From: Octopus sinensis
Taxonomy: Eukaryota
Direction: 5' to 3'
NCBI RefSeq assembly: GCF_006345805.1
Contig: NC_043006.1
Location: 53,258,001 to 53,322,000 of the forward strand
Length of the DNA stretch: 64,000 nt
Part shown: positions 13,125 to 25,910 of the stretch, piece after piece
How positions within the stretch are numbered: position 1 is the first letter of the stretch
How the letters are laid out: every line of letters begins with the position of its first letter
Notes under the pieces: model-generated
Told to the model about the DNA's origin: nothing
Databases searched by the model: none
The model's input: the letters and a program-made list of their open reading frames with translations, nothing else
Translations under genes and position numbers: made by a program

Positions 13125-13162
<38 letters not shown>

Positions 13163-13398
13163 TATATGTGTGTGTGTGTGTGTGTATGTTTGTGTGTCTG
13201 TGTTTGTCCCCCCAACATCACTTGATAACCGATGCTGGTGTGTTTACGTCCCCGTAACTTAGCGGTTCGGCAAAAGAGACCGATAGAATAAGTACTAGGC
13301 TTACAAAGCATAAGTCCTGGGGTCGATTTGCTCGACTAAAGGTGGTGCTCCAGCATGGCCACAGTCAAATGACTGAAACAAGTAAAAAAGTAAAAGAG

Positions 13399-13444
<46 letters not shown>

Positions 13445-13955
13445 AATACACGCATACATATAATCATAAAGCAATATATCTTTGGTGAAGGCTTATTACT
13501 GGTCAGAATGGTACTGTTGGTTTCGCATCAATATTGCAATCTAGACATTATTGACGTCCCTTTAGATATGCTGACTTGAAGTGCATAGCTTCTTTTAGAA
13601 TTCAGGGAAGGCGTAATGTTATGACTTTAGCCTGAGTGATTCAAAGCGGAAGCAATGCTATAAAACATCAAAATTGGGGATGTTGGAACGTCCTGAACCG
13701 TATCCGCCTGGCGGAGTGGAGAATCATTCTGAAAAAATTCACTCAATCCAGACCGTTTCCTGAACTCGAAAGGCGAAATTTTGGGTTACTGCCCTTATGA
13801 GTGCAAATTCATCCTGATGACCACGAAACTAATCCTGACGACCATGAAACTCTTATAGTATGTCGCAGTTAGGACTGTTATGCATGTGCAGAAAATACAT
13901 AAAGCCAATGCACACTCAAACACACATATATACCTATCTACTTATCTATATACCC

Positions 13956-14006
<51 letters not shown>

Positions 14007-14008
14007 GC

Positions 14009-14046
<38 letters not shown>
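12263..14046. repeat. Near-identical ~0.9-kb tandem duplication (about 12263-13166 and 13167-14046)
   Basis: The unique sequence is repeated almost exactly; differences are microsatellite lengths and one T indel. Boundaries lie in (AT)n tracts. Confidence 0.92.
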
Positions 14047-14065
<19 letters not shown>

Positions 14066-14302
14066 GAGTCTTTCTCGTTCTTTTCTTCGTGTGTACACAT
14101 ATGAATATATGTCTGTGTGCGTATGTATACACACACACACGCACGCACACACGCACGCACGCACACACACACACACACACACACCACACACACACACACA
14201 TATATTGATAAAATGGTAAGACAACAAAAGAATGAAAGAGACCTCGATATTATGTAAATAGAGGAATTTATGTGTAATATGTGACAATTATTCGGTAGCC
14301 AT

Positions 14303-14363
14303 GATAAAACTCCGAGTTTCGGATGCCGGGGTGAAAATTCACGTCGCCATCTCTTCAGTTATC
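14303..14363 (-). ncRNA. Type I hammerhead ribozyme (stem II partly decayed) in a Penelope-like repeat end
   Basis: Minus strand GAUAA CUGAAGA [GAUGGCGACGUGAA UU UUCACCCCGGCAUCC] GAA ACUC G GAGU U UUAUC: stem I is a perfect 5 bp and stem III is ACUC/GAGU. Confidence 0.72.
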
Positions 14364-14964
14364 CGGCCATCAGAAAAAATGCTATGAAAATGTGTGTGCG
14401 TGTGTGTGTGTGTGTGTGTGTAAGTACGTTGATGAATACGATACAAGTTTGTGTACTTTTACCTTTTATAAATAAAATATTTGCAGGTGCAAAACTACTT
14501 TTAATTGTCAGACCAATCCTTTAAGCCAACCAACAGGAATCTTCGCGCGCGCATACGCTCTTATAGACACTCATACGTACACCAGCCTCACCTGAACCAT
14601 CTGTAAGATGGCATCGTTCCGAATGTAGGTTTGCCTTGAATTCTCTGATAACAGATTGACTTTCTAGAGTCAAAGAATAAACAAGTACAAAATATAATAA
14701 TAAAATCAACAAAACAACAAAATAAATGCTGTAAGAAAACAAACAAAATCAAAGCCAAGAATGAAAGAAATTCGGTGAAATCTGTTTTTCTCTTTAGCTG
14801 CCAGGTGTTAATGAACTGCCTGTGGTATTGGTTGTTGTTGTTGTCCTCTGTGTGTGTGTAATACACACACATACATACATGCATGCATACGTATATATAT
14901 ACATATACACACACATATAAACATACATTCATTTATCTGTTTATATCCATACACATATATGACA

Positions 14965-15278
14965 TCGTCACCGTGACCGTGACCGACCAGGCTATCAGAT
15001 GTTGCTAAACATCGCTGGTCACAATGCGCTTCACACTGTTTTAGCCTTCAATGACGCCACCCCGCTGGCTAAGCGAGCAGGCCAACAGAAGAAAGACTGA
15101 GAGAAAACTGTGGCGAAAGAGTACAGCAGGGATCGCCACCCCCACCCCCCTGCCGGAGCCTCGTGGAGCTTTAGGTGTTTTCGCTCAATAAACACTCACA
15201 ACGCTCGTTCTGGAAATCGAAACCGCGATCCTCCCAACGCGAGTCCGCTGCCCTAAGCACTGGGCCATTGCACCTCCA
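14965..15278 (-). mobile_element. tRNA-derived SINE, family B
   Basis: Reverse complement of 25601-25910. Confidence 0.85.
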
Positions 15279-15757
15279 CACATATATGCATGTGTGCGTA
15301 TATATTATGTACATATGTGTGTTATACATATGCATAACATACATACATATACACGCACGCACATATATGTACACATCCAGTCACACATGAAGGGCTTCTG
15401 TACACTTTCTCTCTACTGTTACATTTCACTCATCAGCTGCAGAGAATTATTATTGTATGCATATAGTGTAAACGTATATATGCGTACGTTTGCACATACA
15501 CGCGTGCGTATGTGTATTTCGCTTCTGAATTTCATGGTGACAGTTCTGACTGCTGCAGCTGATATCGCCGTTGTTGTGTTCCCTATTCTTTTTTGTACTA
15601 TGATGTGACACTGCAACAATATTTTAAAGTGCCTGCGCCTCTGCATCTGCTGAACTCTGGCAGTGAACCGCTTTCAATGAATGTCTACATGATGTCGCCT
15701 CGAATGTTGTATCTCATGACTATGCTCCACACATTTTACTGGTATCAGAGCAATGTA

Positions 15758-16307
15758 ATGGGTTGTCCGAAAAGTTCGTGCCGATTTATAGCAGCTTACA
15801 TTTCGACTTATTTTAGAACGTGGTTGAGTCCATAAAATAGGATTTAACTACACCTCCATTTAGAGCACAGTTTAAGCTAACTTTTCGTGGAAGAAGGTTT
15901 ATGTTCCTATAACCTGTGTTAATTCTGTAACCCTTTAAAATGGAAAATAAGAAAGTTAATTTTCGGCACTTGATACTTTGGGAAGCAGACAAAAATTGCT
16001 GCAGCTCGGCTGGGATATGTTACCCTACCCTCCATATTCACCAGATATTGCTTCTTCGGATTTCCACTTATTCAGATCTCTGCATAATAGTCTTCATTGT
16101 AAAAATTTCAATTCCTTGGATGACGTAAAAAGATACCTTGGTGAATTCTTTGCCATGAAACCACCTCAATTCTGGGAAGAGGGTATTTTCAAGTTAAAGG
16201 AAAAATGGAGACGCATTGTGCAATTATGGTTCATAATTGGTTGATTAAAAATGTAATGGCAAGTATTTATTGACCTTTTCCGTTCCTTTAAAAATCGGAC
16301 AACCCAA
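15758..16307 (+). mobile_element. Internally deleted mariner element
   Basis: TIR (t)tgggttgtccg..aagttcgtg / cggacaacccaa, TA on both sides. The N-terminus MENKKVNFRH is fused to the C-terminus LPYPPYSPDIASSDFHLFRSL (mariner YSPDLAP-type motif). Confidence 0.9.
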
Positions 16308-16450
16308 TAACAACAATTCTTCCTCAGTGTTTATTAGGGTCATGGCTTTTTCACAACCTAATAACTCTATACTGTAATTCGATGAATAATTTTATTTTGC
16401 TTTAATTGAAAAAAATGTCACCCCTAACTTAAGAAATCTAGCACCACTTT

Positions 16451-18940
16451 TGACCCAAATCATACAAAATTCTAATGGGGTTCGTAACTCGTGCTCAAGT
16501 TTTTACCAAACTTGATGTGCTGACCCAATGCAATGCAGAAATAGTATATCTGATATTTCAGCTTTCTAGTTGAAGTAATTTCGGAGTTATGGGCTTTTAA
16601 AACTATAATCACTAGGTGGCACTAGATTCACACTTCAGTATTTCCGCTGCCTAAATCCTTGTAAACACAAGAGAGATGGGAATAAGTGTATTTAAGCATT
16701 TTAAAGATTATTGAATTGAAGTTACTCTATGCAAAGGTTCAAAACTAGGCTATTTTAAGACAGAGGCCACTACAAGCATTCGATAAAATACAAAATTTAA
16801 AACAATACATATTTTTAACTTTATAGGTTTACTTCCAATTTTAAATAATTGTATAAGAAAAGGGGTGCTGAATGTCAGCAAATTTTTAAACATAACAAAA
16901 AACTAATATGTTTTGTTAGATAAAATAAATCGAAGTTGAAGTTTCTCCTTCTTTCTACAAACATCATAAAGATCTTGAAGGCACTTGATTGCCCGTTCTG
17001 CACTTTGATTTGTTCTGGGAATGTTCAGTTTTTATGGTTCTCTACTCCAAAAGTTTTTTTTACAGAATTCAATGCATTTTTATGAACTTGCAGGCTACCA
17101 CATAACTTCTGATGATCATGTGCATTGAACCAAAAATCTGCCCAGCTGTAGGAGATGAATCGACAAACATTGAGAAGCAAAACTCTTTTCTTTGGTAGAA
17201 GAATAAATGCCAAAAGTCTGGTATTGCTCGAGAATTCCATCTAGCATTACTTAAGTTAGGTATTTTTTTAAACTTTACAGTAGGAAATTTTCCGGTTTCT
17301 TCAAAGAAACGAAAACTCTGGTCAAATGAAATAGAAATTTCATGTCATCTCGCCATCCTGCTGATTCAGTAATCTTTTCTTCAACATTGCTGAAATTAGC
17401 CTGGAGTTTCTCGTAATTACTTAGAAGCTCTGGGTTGAATGTATATTCAATATTGGGGATGACTTTTTTTCTCCAAGTTTGTTATCCATTACAACGCGAA
17501 GAACTCTATCAAGGATATGATGCTGACATCCAATAAATTGCGGTTCTTTCAACCCTTTTGAGCAAAGTCTTTTTAACTGAATGACAATGCCATTTATTTT
17601 CCCAGTGTTCACACTCGTTGTATCAGCGACAATCATCTTTACATAGTTCCATAAATTGTATTCATCTAAAACAGCTGTTATTCTTTTCACAACAGTATCG
17701 GCTTTTGGTAATTGGAGTGCTTCTAACTTAACTTCTCTATATTCATTCTTTAAAACTAGCACTTGGTATTCTTGGTCATCAATACGTTTTCCATCAAAAT
17801 GAAATGACCAATTTTCTAAATATAGTGTTTTTTTTTTCATTTTTTTTATAGTTTTAACAGCTTCTTTGATAATCGATCTGTAAATACCAGATTGAGAAGG
17901 AGTCTCGAATTTGATTCCATCATGAAATAATTGTCGACAAACTGTTGCTGCTTTTTGGGTTGATAGCGTGGAAGATATTATTAATTTGGTTTCAGTTCCA
18001 GTTTTGCTATACTTCCTCCTTGTTTGTGTAGATTCTTCATCTGATTTTTCAGACTCTTGATATTCACTTTCAGTCTCCGCTTCAGGCGTTGATGATGACA
18101 CTGGAGTTGTTCTGGTTGAAGCTGGCATTAAAGACATTTTTCTTCTTTTGGGTGGATGGATAATTTTGGAACTGGCTGCCTTTCCAGTTACATACCCAGC
18201 TTGTCCCTTGCTTTCAATTTGAAGATAATATAACCTTCTGTCCTCACTGCACAGCCATTCACCGTTTTCCTTTGTGATGCCAAAAATTCCTTTCAATGAA
18301 TCGTATTTTCCTCGTTTTATACATTTATCGTAGGTACTCAGCACTTTTTCTACTTTTGCTTGTACGTTTTGAATTGATAAATATGGGAAATTTAATTTCT
18401 TTTGGCATAAAAAAGTTACTTCTTTTCGAAATTTCCTTTGTTCTTTCTTTCCTTCCTTTGATAGTACCTCCAAAGAACAGGTAGTGACCGACAACTTGAA
18501 GTTTCATTGGTATCCTGCAGTTGTTTTCCAAAAATGCTCTTCTAGAGGAACAGATCTTCTTTTCCTATGTGCGTCTTGAAATTGCACGAGATTCTTTGCC
18601 CAGATTTTTTTGTTTCTTTGAGTGACACAAGCACTTCTCTTATGAGACATTATTTTAGATACTCTTCTAGTGGGATAAGCCTACTATTCTGAAAAACAAT
18701 TAATATAGTCAGAGTTTTTAGCGTCACAGAAATAAAAATGAGAGGAAGAGAATATTTCCTAAAGTAGGGCCTAAGTGGTAACAAAATAAAAACTCTATAA
18801 CTCCTAAACTACTTAAATTTGAAAGCTGAAATTTGAGAAATACTGCTTCTGCATTGCATCAAGTCAGCACATCGAGTTTGGTAAAAACTTGAGAAGGCAT
18901 TATGAATCCCCACCCCTAGAATTTTGCATGATTTGGGTCA
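16451..18940 (-). mobile_element. DNA transposon relic with ~150-bp imperfect inverted ends and a hAT-like transposase
   Basis: 16451-16600 is the reverse complement of 18790-18940 (tgacccaaatcat.caaaattcta...ctcaagtttttaccaaact.gatgtgctgac). The left terminus may extend to tagggt at 16335. Confidence 0.8.
16930..18650 (-). pseudogene. DDE transposase, hAT-like (CxxH-type), frameshifted
   Basis: ORF 17421-18494 contains HFDGK, ADTTSVNTG and GCQHHILDR. Downstream pieces read LLAFILLP..CRFISYSWADFWF and NIPRTNQSAERAIK (16984-17025). Probable ATG at 18650. Confidence 0.75.
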
Positions 18941-19028
18941 TATTTGGTTGATTAAAAATGTAATGGAAAGTATTTATTGACCCTTTTCTTTCCTTTAAAA
19001 ATCGGCACGAACTTTCCAGACAACCCAA
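18938..19028 (+). mobile_element. Mariner 3' end only
   Basis: tcatatttggttgattaaaaatg...aaaaatcggcacgaactttccagacaacccaa|TA; same family as 15758 and 51439. Confidence 0.88.
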
Positions 19029-20273
19029 TAAAAATTTAAATATACAGTGTATATTGGCATAACTTATAACATTTCAAGAGAAAGGGAAAAGTATGACTTT
19101 TTATGTCAAGGAATTAGGATCAATATCTATAGGGAAGTGCAAAAGATTGCGTGTCGTAGCATTCACGATTTTATTAATGATGGCATTAGTGATATAACCA
19201 CTGCAAGCTACAGTCCTTGTTGCAATATGGTAACTTGAATGTCTCAATAATTTTGTGAGTTACGCCAGTGGAGGACAAGCTTCTTGTAGAGCCTCTCATG
19301 CTGGACAGGTCAAAGGATAGAAGTCTGACAAATATGGACCACTTCTTCACAAAGGCAAAAATAAGTTTCCATAGGGCCAACAGCCCAAACTAGAAATAAA
19401 AAAGCAGTTATAGAAGCATCGATAACAATTCTAAACCGACAAGACCTGGGAAAACATAATCCGGAGTCGAGAACGGTGGAGAAAAGACGTCGGTGTCTAT
19501 GTTCCATAAGGAGCGAAGGGCTTAAGTAGGTAGTTAGTAAGTTAGTGAGTTAGTAATATAAGGCAGATAGCCATTTTGTTAAGCAGTGCCCAACATACTA
19601 AATACAGCTGTCTGTGCCTGTAGCATTGAAATCATTACTCGGTTGTATTATTGTATCTTTTCGGTTTGACGTATTTGCAGTCTTGAAAAGCTATATCTGT
19701 GTAGAAATTTTCACTGAAATCAGAAGAGGTATGTCAAACTGAAAAGATCCGACACACATCAAAATTTGAAATTGTTCCAGAAAGGGATAGAAACTAGGCC
19801 TCCGTCATGGTATAACGAGAGCCGTGCCACGACGACATTTACGTCTCTTTGAAAAAAGAGAAATGTTAAAGATTGGTGAAAAATTTCTGTTGACATTTGA
19901 GGTTTTTTTGTGAGTCATAAAAGGGTCACAGCTGGATGTAAATAATGACAAAAATAGAGGGGTAGACATTATTAGACCACACACTAGACATTGGCTTTAT
20001 ACCTAGAGAGTTCAATTTCTCTAAAAACACGTACATAGCAAACGCACCCAACACACACATACATACACAACACATGCATACACAACACACACAATATTTG
20101 TGTATATAAGCATGTGTGTGTTGTAAATATATATAAAGTTGTGCCTTTGTAAACATCATTATACATGTGTAAACACCAATTTGAGATTGAGAACACTCAA
20201 ACATGCATACATAAAACATGCGTACATTCACACACACATGTATTATGTGTTTGTGTGTAAGAATGTATACACA

Positions 20274-20319
<46 letters not shown>

Positions 20320-21219
20320 CATTGATGTTTGTGTATGTGTACGTGTTTGTACGTACATTAAACCTAGTTTCCTACAAAAAATCGCCCCACCACTAACAAA
20401 CTCAGAAATCCTTGATAAGTTATGGCTACTGGATCTCTTAAATCTTTCATCGTCTCGCAGAGTCTTTAGACTTTTATATCATTTATTTTATCTACATCTA
20501 CACCATTAGCAATCATCAAGGACAGGGAGATTCACGTCATCTTGTAAGGGATATCTGTCTCTGTGTATGAGCATACATAAGTACATACATATATACATAC
20601 ACACACATGTACACACGCGCACACGCAGAGGAATATATATACGTACATACAGGCATGTGTGTGTGTGTGTGTGTGTGGAGTGCATGATAATATCAGTTTC
20701 TTCGTGTCCGAAGATGATGAGGCGTCACACCCTCAAGTGGCTATGTAAACGAATCCTTGACGCAGCAGGGTTTTTCTTCTTGCCTCTGCGCTTAGTAGTT
20801 TTTGTTTTTGTTTTTTTTTCTTTTAAGTGAAAGATAGTCTGTTCTCACTTTTTAGATTTAGAGGTCTGACCACTGTGGTTCAGCGGAGTAAGTAAGACAG
20901 CTACAGCGTCCAATCACTCTTAACCATCCGAATTAACCATTATACCGAATTGTTCATCTTCTAAACGTTGGTCTTCTGGAATCTATTCTCTGTCCATGCC
21001 TTTCTTTCGGGTGTTGACTGACATCAGTCCAAAATGAAACATTAACGGAATCAATCTCACCAGCAGGAGGGTCTACAGAGGTCATGGGTTCTGCCCCTCC
21101 TTCAGATCAGCAAGGCAAGTATATATATACGAGTATATATATATATATATACGCGCACATACATACATACATACATACATACATACATACACATATGCAT
21201 GTATGTATAGGAGGTGTTT

Positions 21220-21278
<59 letters not shown>

Positions 21279-21379
21279 TGTGCGTATACATATGTATGTA
21301 TATAGACATAAGGTGCGGGGGAGTGTATTTGAGGATACTTTCATTATCAGTATATTACTCTCTTCGAACTAATAAAAGG

Positions 21380-21812
21380 GGTTTCATTTTTTCAGATCAT
21401 TCATCTCTTATGACAGATAAAATGCTAGCACAAAACATTGAACAGACATGCAGTCATTGTTGCTATGTGTGGAACACAGCGATTTAGAAACTTCCAACTT
21501 TCTAAATGTTGCAAGCTCTTTTGTACACAAAGTTTGGATGGAATTGTAACCCTCTGACGGGAATGTTTCAACTGTATCAAAGGGAGAAAAAATTCTACAC
21601 GTTCGGATACTTATAAGGACATTACACTCCATTCCACGGGTTCAAATCATTATCAGTGATGATCCCAGAAAATCAATAAGGGCTTCAGGTATCAAGGTGG
21701 ACTATGAGATCTGTGGTGTACAAAGATATTCAATACAAGTTGTATGCATTGAGGAGAGGCCGATTCATGTCTGCGAAGACACAGGAAAACCGTTTGATCC
21801 TGCCAAGCGGTT
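21380..21812 (+). mobile_element. Tc1/mariner-type transposase N-terminal relic
   Basis: Broken frames give IPRVQIIISDDPRKSIRA and VVYKDIQYKLYALRRGRFMSAKTQENRL, resembling the HTH/linker region of Tc1/mariner transposases. Interrupted by a SINE at 21828. Confidence 0.55.
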
Positions 21813-21827
21813 ACTTTCTTTTTTTTC

Positions 21828-22128
21828 TTTTCGCCCTTTTCAAGCCTAGCCAGGCTCATGGGCCCGGTTTCGCGGTTTCTGTGGCGTATGTGTTCCCCCC
21901 AGCTGGACAGGACGCCAGTCCATCGCAACGTTACTCAAGAAACAGGAAGAGAGAGTGAGAGAAAGTTGTGGCGAAAGAGTACAACAGGGGTCGCCCCGCC
22001 TGCCGGAACCTCGTGGACCTTTTAGGTGTTTTCGCTCAATAAGCACACACAACACCCGGTCTGGGAATCGAAATTGCGATCATCCGACCGCGAGCCCGCT
22101 GCCCTAACCACTGGGCCATTGCGCCTCC
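21828..22128 (-). mobile_element. tRNA-derived SINE (family A/B-type head, family A-type tail)
   Basis: Head ggaggcgcaatggcccagtggttagggcagc in reverse complement; tail cccatgagcctggctaggctt. Confidence 0.8.
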
Positions 22129-22129
22129 T

Positions 22130-22345
22130 CTCGCCATTTTAAAGCCTAGCCAGGCTCATGGGCCCGGTTTCCCGGTTTCAGTGGCGTATGTGTTCCCCTG
22201 TCCATCGCAGCGTTACTAATTTTTGCCAACTGAGTGGACTGGAGCAACGTGAAATGAAGTGTTTTGCTCAAGAACACAACGCGTCACCCGATCCATGAAT
22301 CGAAACCACAATCTTACGATCATGATACTGACACCTTAACCACTA
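22130..22345 (-). mobile_element. Chimeric SINE: family E head/core with the same tail as 21828
   Basis: Head gtggaggcgcgtggcttagtggttaagg, core ttgagcaaaacacttcatttcacgttgctccag, tail identical to the neighbouring copy. Confidence 0.75.
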
Positions 22346-23199
22346 AGCCACGCGCCTCCACTAAGCGGTTACTTAGCAAGGTTAAAATCCCTCACGGACG
22401 TGGTATGCTTTGATTCTTCTTTGATGAGAAAATCTTCGACCAAGAACAAAAGTCTAACAATAGAAATGACTGACCACTAAGTTTCCAGCAACTGTGATGG
22501 CTTCAGAAGTAGTGAATAAGAAAGTCATGTCATACTATTTCACCCCTTTTCACTGGGTCTTAGAATTAATGCTGCTGTTGAAGTGCTGGAAACTGTTTAA
22601 GTACGCAGTGGAAGGACATACGTGTTTCGAAATAAGAGGCAGCCAGAACAACTTCATGGCTTCCTATTCTGAAAAGAAAAAGACAAAAAAATATGTAGGA
22701 AACAACAAACAGCGGCAAAAAAGTCAACAACAACAGTGGAGGCGCAATGACCTAGTGGTTAGGGTAGCGGACTCACGGTCGTAAGAACACGGTTTCGATT
22801 CCCAGACCGCCGTACTCTTTCACCACAACTTTCTCTCACGCTTTCTTCCTACTTCTGCTACAAAGCAGAGGAACCTATGGTGTGGTAAACTTTCAGACCC
22901 TAATCTAGATTGCGAATCCTCTATACCCCAGGATGGTTCAGCTTTCCACCCGTTAAAAGTCACCGTTTTACGGAATGAGGATAACAACGGAGCTTTCGCG
23001 ACCGTGCAACCGCCAGTCGATCATGTTTTGGATCTTCAAGTTGCCACACGCATTCTTAGTAGCTTAGAGTAGGCTCGAATTAGAGATTATTCTTTGTGGC
23101 TAATGGCGTGAGTCCTGATTGGAAGAAGAAGAAGAAAACAACAGCAACAATGACTACAGCAACGGTAGTTGCTTGGGGTACAAACCAGTGGGATGCATG

Positions 23200-23940
23200 G
23201 TAAAACTGTAGCTGCTAAAGCACGATCGATCCACATCGGTAAAAAATGGAGTTCATATCAGCAGCAGAAACAGTAGCCACGAACTGGAGCCCGTAATGTT
23301 AGTGGATAAACCTCTTCTCCCACAAATAGTCGACCAGAGACCTCGTCGACGTATTCAGCATGTTGTTGGTTACACTTGGAAACTAAACAGAGCAAAACGA
23401 AAAATGACGCCAAAAAGGAACCGACAAATGTTACAGAACGCTTGCTAACTGCTAGCTTCTTACTGATCTTCACACAGATAAAGAATACAGAGAATCTAAA
23501 AACAAAAAAAAAAAAAAGAAGAATTGGAAAATGCCATGCTGGTGGAGGAAGAGATATAAGGATTCCTCCACAAACTTCAGAAAGAATGTTCGTGAAGACA
23601 ACAGCAACAGTATATCAGCTGCAAAAGCAATTCTTCCCAGAAGATTTGAAGGAATTCATTATCAAATTAAGATACCGACAGCTTATGGGTACCTTTGGGA
23701 CTACAAAAGAAAGGAAAGGGAAACAAGCTCCGAGGGAATACCTAATTATATCTTCTCGTCGAATGCCACAAAGGCTGTAATGAAAACTGGTTGGTTGAAT
23801 ATTGGTGACCTGAGAGATGTCTGAAAGTCGGATTACCAATTAAACGACTTCGAATAACTTAACTTATAAGTAGTAATCCTCAATGAGACTAAATTTCCAG
23901 ATACGAAGCTACTATTATTTCATCGGATCAAATACGAGGG
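23200..23940 (+). pseudogene. Heavily decayed LINE ORF2 fragment, possibly RTE
   Basis: Weak motifs across broken frames (KGKQAP, WW..K, ..KYEGD) in the order expected upstream of an RT domain. Tentative. Confidence 0.3.
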
Positions 23941-23974
23941 TGATACCTCTTTCGGTTGCACGGATTGTGTAGAG

Positions 23975-24257
23975 CAGCGCTTCTCAAACTATCTGATGTG
24001 GTGTACCGGCAGTTTTTTTTTTTCCAGTGTGCCGGGGACCGGTAATATTCCTTAGTAATATTAATTTATACCGTAAAAAATATATATGATGAATATAATA
24101 AGAGTTGACATTTTTTTATCTTATATTTATTTTGTAAACAAATAATACAATATTACATACGCATTTTATAAGCATTTTATAATGTTACTTTCTTTTCTGG
24201 AAACTCGCCGCGTACAGGCAGCTGATGGCTCGCGGACCATCACTTTGATTAGCACTG
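23975..24257 (+). mobile_element. hAT (Charlie-like) MITE
   Basis: Ends CAGCGCTTCTCAAA / TTTGATTAGCACTG; perfect 8-bp TSD gtgtagag at 23967-23974 and 24258-24265. Confidence 0.9.
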
Positions 24258-24487
24258 GTGTAGAGTCTATCCGATTAGCCAAACGGACATCGAGGAAACT
24301 CCAGAGTAACAGTCAGCAGGAACTACATACATACATAGATACATACATACACACACAAATATACACACAGAGAAACAAGGATACACACACACACTCACAC
24401 ACGCGCGCGTACACACACACACACACAGAAGGTGTTCCATAAGCGTGTACTTTTATATATATTCAAATTGTAATATATAAGACTATT

Positions 24488-24705
24488 AGGGCGGCGAGCT
24501 GGCAGAATCATTAACTCGCCTGGCAAAATGCTTCGCGGCATTTCGCCCGTCTTCATGTTCTGGGTTCAAATTCCGCCGAGGTCGACTTTGCCTTTCATCC
24601 TTCCGGATTCGATAAAATAAGCATCAATTGAGCACTGGGGTCGATGTAATCGACTTACCCCTACTCCGAAATCGCTGGCCTTGTGCCAAAATTTGAAATC
24701 AAAAC
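24488..24705 (+). mobile_element. Family C SINE with the alternative tail
   Basis: ggcggcgagctggcagaatc head, conserved core, tail cgacttacccct..ggccttgtgccaaaatttgaaa. Confidence 0.85.
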
Positions 24706-25600
24706 ATTAGACTACTAATGCAAGCAATGTATAACTTTCTGGGACGCTGTGGGGGGGGGGGTAGAAAGAAAGAGAATTTAAGACAAAGCGAGATACACCT
24801 TTATTTACAAGCGTATTCTTATCTCGAATAGCTTTTTATAGAATGTCCCTAATATCAACATTTTATCCGTTCTTCTTACGAAGAATTTTTATCTTGCCCT
24901 TGCAGATACGTGCACGCATACACCCACACACACACACGCACATACACATCCACACGCATACGCGCGCGCACACACACACGTTCACATAATCCCGCGCACA
25001 CTTGAGTATTGTGTTACCCACCAGGGACCAGTGACACAACAATCATGAGATAGCGAAACGTTTCCATTATTATTGTTGTTGCTGTTGTTGTTGTCGTTGT
25101 TTTTGTTGTAGTTCCTGTTGTTTCAGGAGCGAAGTGATGTTGATGTTTGCGATAAAGACTTACGCGTGAATCTATATCTCACTTTCTTTTTTGTTCTCTC
25201 TCTATCTCTATCTCTCTCTTTCCATTTCTCTCACTTCCTTTTTCATTCCCCTATCTTTCTCCCTTTCTGTCTCCCTCTCCCTCCATGTCGTCGAAAGCGC
25301 GCGCTCACAAATTTTAAGTAATTATGTTTACAGTGTACTCTGTATTTTTGTTAAACGTTTTTAAATCCTGATTATTATTTTGTACTTTATCTTGCCCATA
25401 CAAAGAGATGCTCACACTCGCATACAAGCATACGTTCATACCTTCAGTGTTTCACTTACATCATACAGGACGGGCGGTGGGCTGGCGAAACTTTCAGTTG
25501 TAATGAAATTTTGTACATATGTATGTATGCATGTGTGTACATGTATGCATATATATAGATACACATACATACATATATATACATATACATACATATATAC

Positions 25601-25910
25601 ATGGAGGCAGTAGCCTAGTGGTTAGGGCAGCGGACTCGCGGTCGTAGGATCGCGGTTTCGATTCCCAGACCGGGCGTTGTGAGTGTTTATTGAGCGAAAA
25701 TACCTAAACCTCCACGAGGCTCCGGCAGGGGGTGGTGGCGATCCCTGCTGTACTCTTTCGCCACAACTTTCTCTCACTCGTTCTTCTGTTGGCCTGCTCG
25801 CTTAGCCAGCGGGGTGGCGTCATTTGAAGGCTAAGACAATGCGAAGCGCATTGTGTCCAGCGATGTTTAGCAACATCTGATAGCCTGGTCGGTCACGGTG
25901 ATCACGGTGA
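25601..25910 (+). mobile_element. tRNA-derived SINE, family B, full length
   Basis: A-box tagcctagtggttagggc, B-box ggtttcgattccc, tail ggtcggtcacggtgatcacggtga. Confidence 0.88.

Noticed and set aside
11884-14287. Many ORFs of HTHT/YIYI/CVCV/ERER type here and at 19926-21487, 29610-30738, 32216-33530, 36806-38052 and 60484-60684
   Set aside because: They are translations of (CA)n, (AT)n, (GT)n, (GA)n and (TATG)n microsatellites and SINEs, not genes.
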